Assembly: GCA_964016885.1 (NCBI GenBank)
Contig: OZ024741.1
Coordinates: 210,614,001-210,678,000 of the forward strand
Reading direction: 5' to 3'
Length of the DNA stretch: 64,000 nt
Source: Eledone cirrhosa
Lineage: Eukaryota
The notes beneath the pieces are model-generated. The model searched no databases. It saw only the letters and a list, made by a program, of their open reading frames with translations, and was not told the DNA's origin. This document shows positions 53,120 to 64,000 of this stretch, in pieces. Within the stretch, counting starts at the first letter, position 1, and each line of letters opens with the position of its first letter. The position numbers were made by a program, and so were the translations under genes.

Positions 53120-56100
53120 CTCAGCCACAGTCCACCTATCTCAGCCACAGTCCACTGTCTCAGCCACAGTCCACCTATCTCAGCCACAGTCCACTGTCTC
53201 AGCCACAGTCCACCTATCTCGGCCACAGTACACTGTCTCAGCCTCAGTTCACCTATCTCAACCACAGTCCACTGTCTCAGCCTCAGTTCACCTATCTCAG
53301 CCACAGTCCACTGTCTCAGCCACAGTCCACCTATCTCAGTCTCAGTCCACTGTCTCAGCCACAGTCCACCTATCTCAGCCACAGTCCACTGTCTCAGCCT
53401 CAGTTCACCTATCTCAACCACAGTCCACTGTCTCAGCCTCAGTTCACCTATCTCAGCCACAGTCCACCTATCTCAGTCTCAGTCCACTGTCTCAGCCACA
53501 GTCCACCTATCTCAGCCACAGTCCACTGTCTCAGCCTCAGTTCACCTATCTCAGCCACAGTCCACCTATCTCAGTCTCAGTCCACTGTCTCAGCCACAGT
53601 CCACCTATCTCAGCCACAGTCCACTGTCTCAGCCTCAGTTCACCTATCTCAACCACAGTCCACCTATCTCAGTCTCAGTCCACTGTCTCAGCCACAGTCC
53701 ACCTATCTCAGCCACAGTCCACTGTCTCAGCCTCAGTTCACCTATCTCAACCACAGTCCACCTATCTCAGTCTCAGTCCACTGTCTCAGCCACAGTCCAC
53801 CTATCTCAACCACAGTCCACTGTCTCAGCCTCAGTTCACCTATCTCAGCCACAGTCCACCTATCTCAGTCTAAGTCCACTGTCTCAGCCACAGTCCACCT
53901 ATCTCAGCCACAGTCCACTGTCTCAGCCTCAGTTCACCTATCTCAACCACAGTCCACCTATCTCAGTCTCAGTCCACTGTCTCAGCCACAGTCCACTGTC
54001 TCAGCCACAGTCCACCTATCTCAGCCACAGTCCACTGTCTCAGCCTCAGTTCACCTATCTCAACCACAGTCCACCTATCTCAGCCTCAGTCCACTGTCTC
54101 AGCCTCAGTTCACCTATCTCAGCCACAGTCCACTGTCTCAGCCACAGTCCACCTATCTCAGCCACAGTCCACTGTCTCAGCCACAGTCCACCTATCTCAA
54201 CCACAGTCCACTGTCTCAGCCACAGTCCACCTATCTAAGCCACAGTCCACTGTCTCAGCCTCAGTTCACCTATCTCAACCACAGTCCACCTATCTCAGTC
54301 TCAGTCCACTGTCTCAGCCACAGTCCACTGTCTCAGCCACAGTCCACCTATCTCAGCCACAGTCCACTGTCTCAGCCTCAGTTCACCTATCTCAACCACA
54401 GTCCACCTATCTCAGCCTCAGTCCACTGTCTCAGCCTCAGTTCACCTATCTCAGCCACAGTCCACTGTCTCAGCCACAGTCCACCTATCTCAGCCACAGT
54501 CCACTGTCTCAGCCACAGTCCACCTATCTCAACCACAGTCCACTGTCTCAGCCACAGTCCACCTATCTCAGCCTCAGTCCACTGTCTCAGCCTCAGTCCA
54601 CTGTCTCAGCCACAGTCCACTGTCTCAGCCTCAGTCCACTGTCTCAGCCACAGTCCACCTATCTCAGCCACAGTCCACTGTCTCAGCCACAGTCCACCTA
54701 TCTCAGCCACAGTCCACTGTCTCAGCCTCAGTCCACCTATCTCAGCCAGAGTCCACTGTCTCAGCCTCAGTCCACTGTCTCAGCCACAGTCCGCCTATCT
54801 CAGCCACAGTCCACCTATCTCACCCTCAGTCCACTGTCTCAGCCACAGTCCACCTATCTCAGCCTCAGTCCACTGTCTCAGCCTCAGTCCACTGTCTCAG
54901 CCTCAGTCCACCTATCTCAACCTCAGTCCACTGTCTCAGCCTCAGTCCACTGTCTCAGCCTCAGTCCACCTATCTCAGCCACAGTCCACTGTCTCACCCT
55001 CAGTCCACCGTCTCAGCCACAGTCCACTGTCTCAGCCACAGTCCACTGTCTCAGCCACAGTCCACTGTCTCAGCCACAGTCCACTGTCTCAGCCTCAGTC
55101 CACCTATCTCAGCCACAGTCCACTGTCTCAGCCACAGTCCACCTATCTCAGCCACAGTCCACTGTCTCAGCCACAGTCCACCTATCTCGGCCACAGTACA
55201 CTGTCTCAGCCTCAGTTCACCTATCTCAACCACAGTCCACTGTCTCAGCCTCAGTTCACCTATCTCAGCCACAGTCCACTGTCTCAGCCACAGTCCACCT
55301 ATCTCAGTCTCAGTCCACTGTCTCAGCCACAGTCCACCTATCTCAGCCACAGTCCACTGTCTCAGCCTCAGTTCACCTATCTCAACCACAGTCCACTGTC
55401 TCAGCCTCAGTTCACCTATCTCAGCCACAGTCCACCTATCTCAGTCTCAGTCCACTGTCTCAGCCACAGTCCACCTATCTCAGCCACAGTCCACTGTCTC
55501 AGCCTCAGTTCACCTATCTCAGCCACAGTCCACCTATCTCAGTCTCAGTCCACTGTCTCAGCCACAGTCCACCTATCTCAGCCACAGTCCACTGTCTCAG
55601 CCTCAGTTCACCTATCTCAACCACAGTCCACCTATCTCAGTCTCAGTCCACTGTCTCAGCCACAGTCCACCTATCTCAGCCACAGTCCACTGTCTCAGCC
55701 TCAGTTCACCTATCTCAACCACAGTCCACCTATCTCAGTCTCAGTCCACTGTCTCAGCCACAGTCCACCTATCTCAACCACAGTCCACTGTCTCAGCCTC
55801 AGTTCACCTATCTCAGCCACAGTCCACCTATCTCAGTCTCAGTCCACTGTCTCAGCCACAGTCCACCTATCTCAGCCACAGTCCACTGTCTCAGCCTCAG
55901 TTCACCTATCTCAACCACAGTCCACCTATCTCAGTCTCAGTCCACTGTCTCAGCCACAGTCCACTGTCTCAGCCACAGTCCACTGTCTCAGCCTCAGTTC
56001 ACCTATCTCAACCACAGTCCACCTATCTCAGTCTCAGTCCACTGTCTCAGCCACAGTCCACTGTCTCAGCCACAGTCCACCTATCTCAGCCACAGTCCAC

Positions 56101-59080
56101 TGTCTCAGCCTCAGTTCACCTATCTCAACCACAGTCCACCTATCTCAGCCTCAGTCCACTGTCTCAGCCTCAGTTCACCTATCTCAGCCACAGTCCACTG
56201 TCTCAGCCACAGTCCACCTATCTCAGCCACAGTCCACTGTCTCAGCCACAGTCCACCTATCTCAACCACAGTCCACTGTCTCAGCCACAGTCCACCTATC
56301 TAAGCCACAGTCCACTGTCTCAGCCTCAGTTCACCTATCTCAACCACAGTCCACCTATCTCAGTCTCAGTCCACTGTCTCAGCCACAGTCCACTGTCTCA
56401 GCCACAGTCCACCTATCTCAGCCACAGTCCACTGTCTCAGCCTCAGTTCACCTATCTCAACCACAGTCCACCTATCTCAGCCTCAGTCCACTGTCTCAGC
56501 CTCAGTTCACCTATCTCAGCCACAGTCCACTGTCTCAGCCACAGTCCACCTATCTCAGCCACAGTCCACTGTCTCAGCCACAGTCCACCTATCTCAACCA
56601 CAGTCCACTGTCTCAGCCACAGTCCACCTATCTCAGCCTCAGTCCACTGTCTCAGCCTCAGTCCACTGTCTCAGCCACAGTCCACTGTCTCAGCCTCAGT
56701 CCACTGTCTCAGCCACAGTCCACCTATCTCAGCCACAGTCCACTGTCTCAGCCACAGTCCACCTATCTCAGCCACAGTCCACTGTCTCAGCCTCAGTCCA
56801 CCTATCTCAGCCAGAGTCCACTGTCTCAGCCTCAGTCCACTGTCTCAGCCACAGTCCGCCTATCTCAGCCACAGTCCACCTATCTCACCCTCAGTCCACT
56901 GTCTCAGCCACAGTCCACCTATCTCAGCCTCAGTCCACTGTCTCAGCCTCAGTCCACTGTCTCAGCCTCAGTCCACCTATCTCAACCTCAGTCCACTGTC
57001 TCAGCCTCAGTCCACTGTCTCAGCCTCAGTCCACCTATCTCAGCCACAGTCCACTGTCTCACCCTCAGTCCACCGTCTCAGCCACAGTCCACTGTCTCAG
57101 CCACAGTCCACTGTCTCAGCCACAGTCCACTGTCTCAGCCACAGTCCACTGTCTCAGCCTCAGTCCACCTATCTCAGCCACAGTCCACTGTCTCAGCCAC
57201 AGTCCACCTATCTCAGCCACAGTCCACTGTCTCAGCCACAGTCCACCTATCTCGGCCACAGTACACTGTCTCAGCCTCAGTTCACCTATCTCAACCACAG
57301 TCCACTGTCTCAGCCTCAGTTCACCTATCTCAGCCACAGTCCACTGTCTCAGCCACAGTCCACCTATCTCAGTCTCAGTCCACTGTCTCAGCCACAGTCC
57401 ACCTATCTCAGCCACAGTCCACTGTCTCAGCCTCAGTTCACCTATCTCAACCACAGTCCACTGTCTCAGCCTCAGTTCACCTATCTCAGCCACAGTCCAC
57501 CTATCTCAGTCTCAGTCCACTGTCTCAGCCACAGTCCACCTATCTCAGCCACAGTCCACTGTCTCAGCCTCAGTTCACCTATCTCAGCCACAGTCCACCT
57601 ATCTCAGTCTCAGTCCACTGTCTCAGCCACAGTCCACCTATCTCAGCCACAGTCCACTGTCTCAGCCTCAGTTCACCTATCTCAACCACAGTCCACCTAT
57701 CTCAGTCTCAGTCCACTGTCTCAGCCACAGTCCACCTATCTCAGCCACAGTCCACTGTCTCAGCCTCAGTTCACCTATCTCAACCACAGTCCACCTATCT
57801 CAGTCTCAGTCCACTGTCTCAGCCACAGTCCACCTATCTCAACCACAGTCCACTGTCTCAGCCTCAGTTCACCTATCTCAGCCACAGTCCACCTATCTCA
57901 GTCTCAGTCCACTGTCTCAGCCACAGTCCACCTATCTCAGCCACAGTCCACTGTCTCAGCCTCAGTTCACCTATCTCAACCACAGTCCACCTATCTCAGT
58001 CTCAGTCCACTGTCTCAGCCACAGTCCACTGTCTCAGCCACAGTCCACCTATCTCAGCCACAGTCCACTGTCTCAGCCTCAGTTCACCTATCTCAACCAC
58101 AGTCCACCTATCTCAGCCTCAGTCCACTGTCTCAGCCTCAGTTCACCTATCTCAGCCACAGTCCACTGTCTCAGCCACAGTCCACCTATCTCAGCCACAG
58201 TCCACTGTCTCAGCCACAGTCCACCTATCTCAACCACAGTCCACTGTCTCAGCCACAGTCCACCTATCTAAGCCACAGTCCACTGTCTCAGCCTCAGTTC
58301 ACCTATCTCAACCACAGTCCACCTATCTCAGTCTCAGTCCACTGTCTCAGCCACAGTCCACTGTCTCAGCCACAGTCCACCTATCTCAGCCACAGTCCAC
58401 TGTCTCAGCCTCAGTTCACCTATCTCAACCACAGTCCACCTATCTCAGCCTCAGTCCACTGTCTCAGCCTCAGTTCACCTATCTCAGCCACAGTCCACTG
58501 TCTCAGCCACAGTCCACCTATCTCAGCCACAGTCCACTGTCTCAGCCACAGTCCACCTATCTCAACCACAGTCCACTGTCTCAGCCACAGTCCACCTATC
58601 TCAGCCTCAGTCCACTGTCTCAGCCTCAGTCCACTGTCTCAGCCACAGTCCACTGTCTCAGCCTCAGTCCACTGTCTCAGCCACAGTCCACCTATCTCAG
58701 CCACAGTCCACTGTCTCAGCCACAGTCCACCTATCTCAGCCACAGTCCACTGTCTCAGCCTCAGTCCACCTATCTCAGCCAGAGTCCACTGTCTCAGCCT
58801 CAGTCCACTGTCTCAGCCACAGTCCACCTATCTCAGCCTCAGTCCACTGTCTCAGCCTCAGTCCACTGTCCCAGCCTCAGTCCACCTATCTCAACCTCAG
58901 TCCACTGTCTCAGCCTCAGTCCACTGTCTCAGCCTCAGTCCACCTATCTCAGCCACAGTCCACTGTCTCACCCTCAGTCCACCGTCTCAGCCACAGTCCA
59001 CTGTCTCAGCCACAGTCCACTGTCTCAGCCACAGTCCACTGTCTCAGCCACAGTCCACTGTCTCAGCCTCAGTCCACCTA
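53120..59080 (+). repeat. Three tandem units of about 2 kb (1,968 / 2,065 bp spacing)
   Basis: TCGG occurs at 53219, 55187 and 57252, and TAA of ATCTAAG at 54236, 56301 and 58269. The middle unit carries an extra 97 bp near 56.0 kb. Confidence 0.87.
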
Positions 59081-62000
59081 TCTCAACCACAGTCCACTGT
59101 CTCAGCCTCAGTCCACTGTCTCAGCCACAGTCCACCTATTTCAGCCACAGTCCACTGTCTCAGCCACAGTCCACCTATCTCAACCACAGTCCACTGTCTC
59201 AGCCTCAGTCCACTGTCTCAGCCACAGTCCACCTATTTCAGCCACAGTCCACTGTCTCAGCCACAGTCCACCTATCTCAACCACAGTCCACTGTCTCAGC
59301 CTCAGTCCACTGTCTCAGCCACAGTCCACCTATCTCAGCCACAGTCCACTGTCTCAGCCTCAGTCCACTGTCTCAGCCACAGTCCACCTACCTCAGCCAC
59401 AGTCCACTGTCTCAGCCTCAGTCCACTGTCTCAGCCACAGTCCACCTATCTCAGCCACAGTCGACTGTCTCAGCCACAGTCCACCTATCTCAGCCACAGT
59501 CCACTGTCTCAGCCACAGTCCACCTATCTCAACCACAGTCCAGTGTCTCAACCACAGTCCACTGTCTCAGCCTCAGTTCACCTATCTCAACCACAGTCCA
59601 CTGTCTCAGCCTCAGTCCACTGTCTCAGCCACAGTCCACTGTCTCAGCCTCAGTCCACTGTCTCAGCCACAGTCCACCTATCTCAGCCACAGTCCACTGT
59701 CTCAGCCACAGTCCACTGTCTCAGCCTCAGTCCACTGTCTCAGCCACAGTCCACCTATCTCAGCCACAGTCCACCTATCTCAGCCTCAGTCCACTGTCTC
59801 AGCCTCAGTCCACTGTCTCAGCCACAGTCCACCTATCTCAGCCACAGTCCACTGTCTCAGCCTCAGTCCACCTATCTCAGCCACAGTCCACCTATCTCAG
59901 TCACAGTCCACTGTTTCAGCCACAGTCCACTGTCTCAGCCACAGTCCACCTATCTCAGCCACAGTCCACTGTCTCAGCCACAGTCCACCTATCTCAACCA
60001 CAGTCCACTGTCTCAACCACAGTCCACTGTCTCAGCCACAGTCCACTGTCTCAGCCTCAGTCCACCTATCTCAGCCACAGTCCACCTATCTCAGCCACAG
60101 TCCACTGTCTCAGCCTCAGTCCACCTATCTCAGCCACAGTCCACTGTCTCAGCCTCAGTCCACTGTCTCAGCCACAGTCCACCTATCTCAGCCACAGTCC
60201 ACCTATCTCAGCCACAGTCCACTGTCTCAGCCTCAGTTCACTGTCTCAGCCACAGTCCACCTATCTCAGCCACAGTCCACTGTCTCAGCCACAGTCCACC
60301 TATCTCAGCCACAGTCCACTGACTCAGCCTCAGTCCACTGTCTCAGCCACAGTCCACCTATCTCAGCCACAGTCCACCTATCTCAACCACAGTCCACTGT
60401 CTCAGCCTCAGTTCACCTATCTCAACCACAGTCCACTGTCTCAGCCTCAGTCCACTGTCTCAGCCACAGTCCACTGTCTCAGCCACAGTCCACCTATCTC
60501 AGCCACAGTCCACTGTCTCAGCCTCAGTTCACCTATCTCAACCACAGTCCACCTATCTCAGCCTCAGTCCACTGTCTCAGCCTCAGTTCACCTATCTCAG
60601 CCACAGTCCACTGTCTCAGCCACAGTCCACCTATCTCAGCCACAGTCCACTGTCTCAGCCACAGTCCACCTATCTCAACCACAGTCCACTGTCTCAGCCA
60701 CAGTCCACCTATCTCAGCCTCAGTCCACTGTCTCAGCCTCAGTCCACTGTCTCAGCCACAGTCCACTGTCTCAGCCTCAGTCCACTGTCTCAGCCACAGT
60801 CCACCTATCTCAGCCACAGTCCACTGTCTCAGCCACAGTCCACCTATCTCAGCCACAGTCCACTGTCTCAGCCTCAGTCCACCTATCTCAGCCAGAGTCC
60901 ACTGTCTCAGCCTCAGTCCACTGTCTCAGCCACAGTCCGCCTATCTCAGCCACAGTCCACCTATCTCACCCTCAGTCCACTGTCTCAGCCACAGTCCACC
61001 TATCTCAGCCTCAGTCCACTGTCTCAGCCTCAGTCCACTGTCTCAGCCTCAGTCCACCTATCTCAACCTCAGTCCACTGTCTCAGCCTCAGTCCACTGTC
61101 TCAGCCTCAGTCCACCTATCTCAGCCACAGTCCACTGTCTCACCCTCAGTCCACCGTCTCAGCCACAGTCCACTGTCTCAGCCACAGTCCACTGTCTCAG
61201 CCACAGTCCACTGTCTCAGCCACAGTCCACTGTCTCAGCCTCAGTCCACCTATCTCAGCCACAGTCCACTGTCTCAGCCACAGTCCACCTATCTCAGCCA
61301 CAGTCCACTGTCTCAGCCACAGTCCACCTATCTCGGCCACAGTACACTGTCTCAGCCTCAGTTCACCTATCTCAACCACAGTCCACTGTCTCAGCCTCAG
61401 TTCACCTATCTCAGCCACAGTCCACTGTCTCAGCCACAGTCCACCTATCTCAGTCTCAGTCCACTGTCTCAGCCACAGTCCACCTATCTCAGCCACAGTC
61501 CACTGTCTCAGCCTCAGTTCACCTATCTCAACCACAGTCCACTGTCTCAGCCTCAGTTCACCTATCTCAGCCACAGTCCACCTATCTCAGTCTCAGTCCA
61601 CTGTCTCAGCCACAGTCCACCTATCTCAGCCACAGTCCACTGTCTCAGCCTCAGTTCACCTATCTCAGCCACAGTCCACCTATCTCAGTCTCAGTCCACT
61701 GTCTCAGCCACAGTCCACCTATCTCAGCCACAGTCCACTGTCTCAGCCTCAGTTCACCTATCTCAACCACAGTCCACCTATCTCAGTCTCAGTCCACTGT
61801 CTCAGCCACAGTCCACCTATCTCAGCCACAGTCCACTGTCTCAGCCTCAGTTCACCTATCTCAACCACAGTCCACCTATCTCAGTCTCAGTCCACTGTCT
61901 CAGCCACAGTCCACCTATCTCAACCACAGTCCACTGTCTCAGCCTCAGTTCACCTATCTCAGCCACAGTCCACCTATCTCAGTCTCAGTCCACTGTCTCA

Positions 62001-64000
62001 GCCACAGTCCACCTATCTCAGCCACAGTCCACTGTCTCAGCCTCAGTTCACCTATCTCAACCACAGTCCACCTATCTCAGTCTCAGTCCACTGTCTCAGC
62101 CACAGTCCACTGTCTCAGCCACAGTCCACCTATCTCAGCCACAGTCCACTGTCTCAGCCTCAGTTCACCTATCTCAACCACAGTCCACCTATCTCAGCCT
62201 CAGTCCACTGTCTCAGCCTCAGTTCACCTATCTCAGCCACAGTCCACTGTCTCAGCCACAGTCCACCTATCTCAGCCACAGTCCACTGTCTCAGCCACAG
62301 TCCACCTATCTCAACCACAGTCCACTGTCTCAGCCACAGTCCACCTATCTAAGCCACAGTCCACTGTCTCAGCCTCAGTTCACCTATCTCAACCACAGTC
62401 CACCTATCTCAGTCTCAGTCCACTGTCTCAGCCACAGTCCACTGTCTCAGCCACAGTCCACCTATCTCAGCCACAGTCCACTGTCTCAGCCTCAGTTCAC
62501 CTATCTCAACCACAGTCCACCTATCTCAGCCTCAGTCCACTGTCTCAGCCTCAGTTCACCTATCTCAGCCACAGTCCACTGTCTCAGCCACAGTCCACCT
62601 ATCTCAGCCACAGTCCACTGTCTCAGCCACAGTCCACCTATCTCAACCACAGTCCACTGTCTCAGCCACAGTCCACCTATCTCAGCCTCAGTCCACTGTC
62701 TCAGCCTCAGTCCACTGTCTCAGCCACAGTCCACTGTCTCAGCCTCAGTCCACTGTCTCAGCCACAGTCCACCTATCTCAGCCACAGTCCACTGTCTCAG
62801 CCACAGTCCACCTATCTCAGCCACAGTCCACTGTCTCAGCCTCAGTCCACCTATCGCAGCCAGAGTCCACTGTCTCAGCCTCAGTCCACTGTCTCAGCCA
62901 CAGTCCACCTATCTCAGCCTCAGTCCACTGTCTCAGCCTCAGTCCACTGTCTCAGCCTCAGTCCACCTATCTCAACCTCAGTCCACTGTCTCAGCCTCAG
63001 TCCACTGTCTCAGCCTCAGTCCACCTATCTCAGCCACAGTCCACTGTCTCACCCTCAGTCCACCGTCTCAGCCACAGTCCACTGTCTCAGCCACAGTCCA
63101 CTGTCTCAGCCACAGTCCACTGTCTCAGCCACAGTCCACTGTCTCAGCCTCAGTCCACCTATCTCAACCACAGTCCACTGTCTCAGCCTCAGTCCACTGT
63201 CTCAGCCACAGTCCACCTATTTCAGCCACAGTCCACTGTCTCAGCCACAGTCCACCTATCTCAACCACAGTCCACTGTCTCAGCCTCAGTCCACTGTCTC
63301 AGCCACAGTCCACCTATTTCAGCCACAGTCCACTGTCTCAGCCACAGTCCACCTATCTCAACCACAGTCCACTGTCTCAGCCTCAGTCCACTGTCTCAGC
63401 CACAGTCCACCTATCTCAGCCACAGTCCACTGTCTCAGCCTCAGTCCACTGTCTCAGCCACAGTCCACCTACCTCAGCCACAGTCCACTGTCTCAGCCTC
63501 AGTCCACTGTCTCAGCCACAGTCCACCTATCTCAGCCACAGTCGACTGTCTCAGCCACAGTCCACCTATCTCAGCCACAGTCCACTGTCTCAGCCACAGT
63601 CCACCTATCTCAACCACAGTCCAGTGTCTCAACCACAGTCCACTGTCTCAGCCTCAGTTCACCTATCTCAACCACAGTCCACTGTCTCAGCCTCAGTCCA
63701 CTGTCTCAGCCACAGTCCACTGTCTCAGCCTCAGTCCACTGTCTCAGCCACAGTCCACCTATCTCAGCCACAGTCCACTGTCTCAGCCACAGTCCACTGT
63801 CTCAGCCTCAGTCCACTGTCTCAGCCACAGTCCACCTATCTCAGCCACAGTCCACCTATCTCAGCCTCAGTCCACTGTCTCAGCCTCAGTCCACTGTCTC
63901 AGCCACAGTCCACCTATCTCAGCCACAGTCCACTGTCTCAGCCTCAGTCCACCTATCTCAGCCACAGTCCACCTATCTCAGTCACAGTCCACTGTTTCAG
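56366..64000 (+). repeat. 4,081-bp tandem duplication, second copy (from about 60447) truncated by the window end
   Basis: TCGG 57252/61333, TAA 58269/62350, GTCGAC 59460/63541 and GTG of CAGTGTC 59543/63624 are all offset by 4,081. Confidence 0.92.

Larger units (their letters stand above)
1..64000 (+). repeat. Tandem satellite array of interleaved 19-bp (A, GTCCACTGTCTCAGCCACA) and 20-bp (B, GTCCACCTATCTCAGCCACA) monomers, apparently extending beyond both window edges
   Basis: The sequence parses throughout into these two monomers or 1-2 nt variants. I saw no unique sequence and no inversion. Consensus A is 8C/4A/4T/3G and B is 9C/5A/4T/2G, so the + strand is C-rich and the consensus has no CpG. 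Confidence 0.99.

Noticed and set aside
47142-53873. 2243-aa ORF, plus the + strand ORFs at 29578, 33299, 38344 and 59543
   Set aside because: The GTG starts and the stops are single-base repeat variants, and paralogous DNA falls in different frames. This is translation of a stop-free repeat.
1995-61574. Family of short minus-strand ORFs (60-125 aa, WLRQWTVAEIGGL repeats)
   Set aside because: These are stretches of strict AB alternation (39 bp = 13 codons) that keep TGA and TAG out of one frame. They are useful only as paralogy markers.
1-64000. CRISPR array or iteron-like prokaryotic repeat
   Set aside because: There are no unique spacers, no leader, and no cas or rep genes. The repeats abut directly over 64 kb.
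1-64000. V(D)J recombination signal array (CACAGTC and CACTGTC match the CACAGTG heptamer or its complement at 6/7)
   Set aside because: There is no ACAAAAACC-like nonamer and no A-tract. The order is opposite to a signal joint, and there are no V, D or J segments.
1-64000. Telomeric repeat, alpha satellite/CENP-B box, or immunoglobulin switch region
   Set aside because: There is no TTAGGG-type unit, no 171-bp monomer and no TTCG...CGGG box. GAGCT/GGGGT pentamers are absent, and AGCT occurs only in rare variants.
1-64000. Canonical G-quadruplex or i-motif array
   Set aside because: The minus strand has only GG runs, with GGG limited to rare variants such as ACCCTCA. There is no G3 x4 pattern.
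1-64000. Pure sequencing/assembly artefact or synthetic DNA
   Set aside because: Rare variants are shared in a nested, tree-like way and copies carry private substitutions, as expected of a natural evolving array. Individual duplications still need long-read confirmation.

Overview
The whole 64-kb window is one uninterrupted, same-orientation tandem satellite array with no unique flank. It has about 3,300 monomers (estimate: 64,000/~19.4) of two interleaved types. Type A is 19 bp (GTCCACTGTCTCAGCCACA) and type B is 20 bp (GTCCACCTATCTCAGCCACA). Both carry a few recurrent variants (tails AGCCACA/AGCCTCA/AGTCTCA/AACCACA/ACCCTCA; head GTCC/GTTC). I see no credible protein gene, RNA gene, transposon or CRISPR array. 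The long ORFs arise because the + strand of both monomers has no stop codon in any frame. The structure is hierarchical: a 6-7 bp sub-repeat, then 19/20-bp monomers, a 39-bp AB dimer, a 98-bp pentamer, and near-identical duplications of irregular length (408 to 11,684 bp). Rare marker variants split the window into two sub-lineages near 26.6 kb. The pattern fits a eukaryotic satellite or very large minisatellite under recent expansion. The host and any function cannot be determined from this sequence, so the functional ideas below are hypotheses only.
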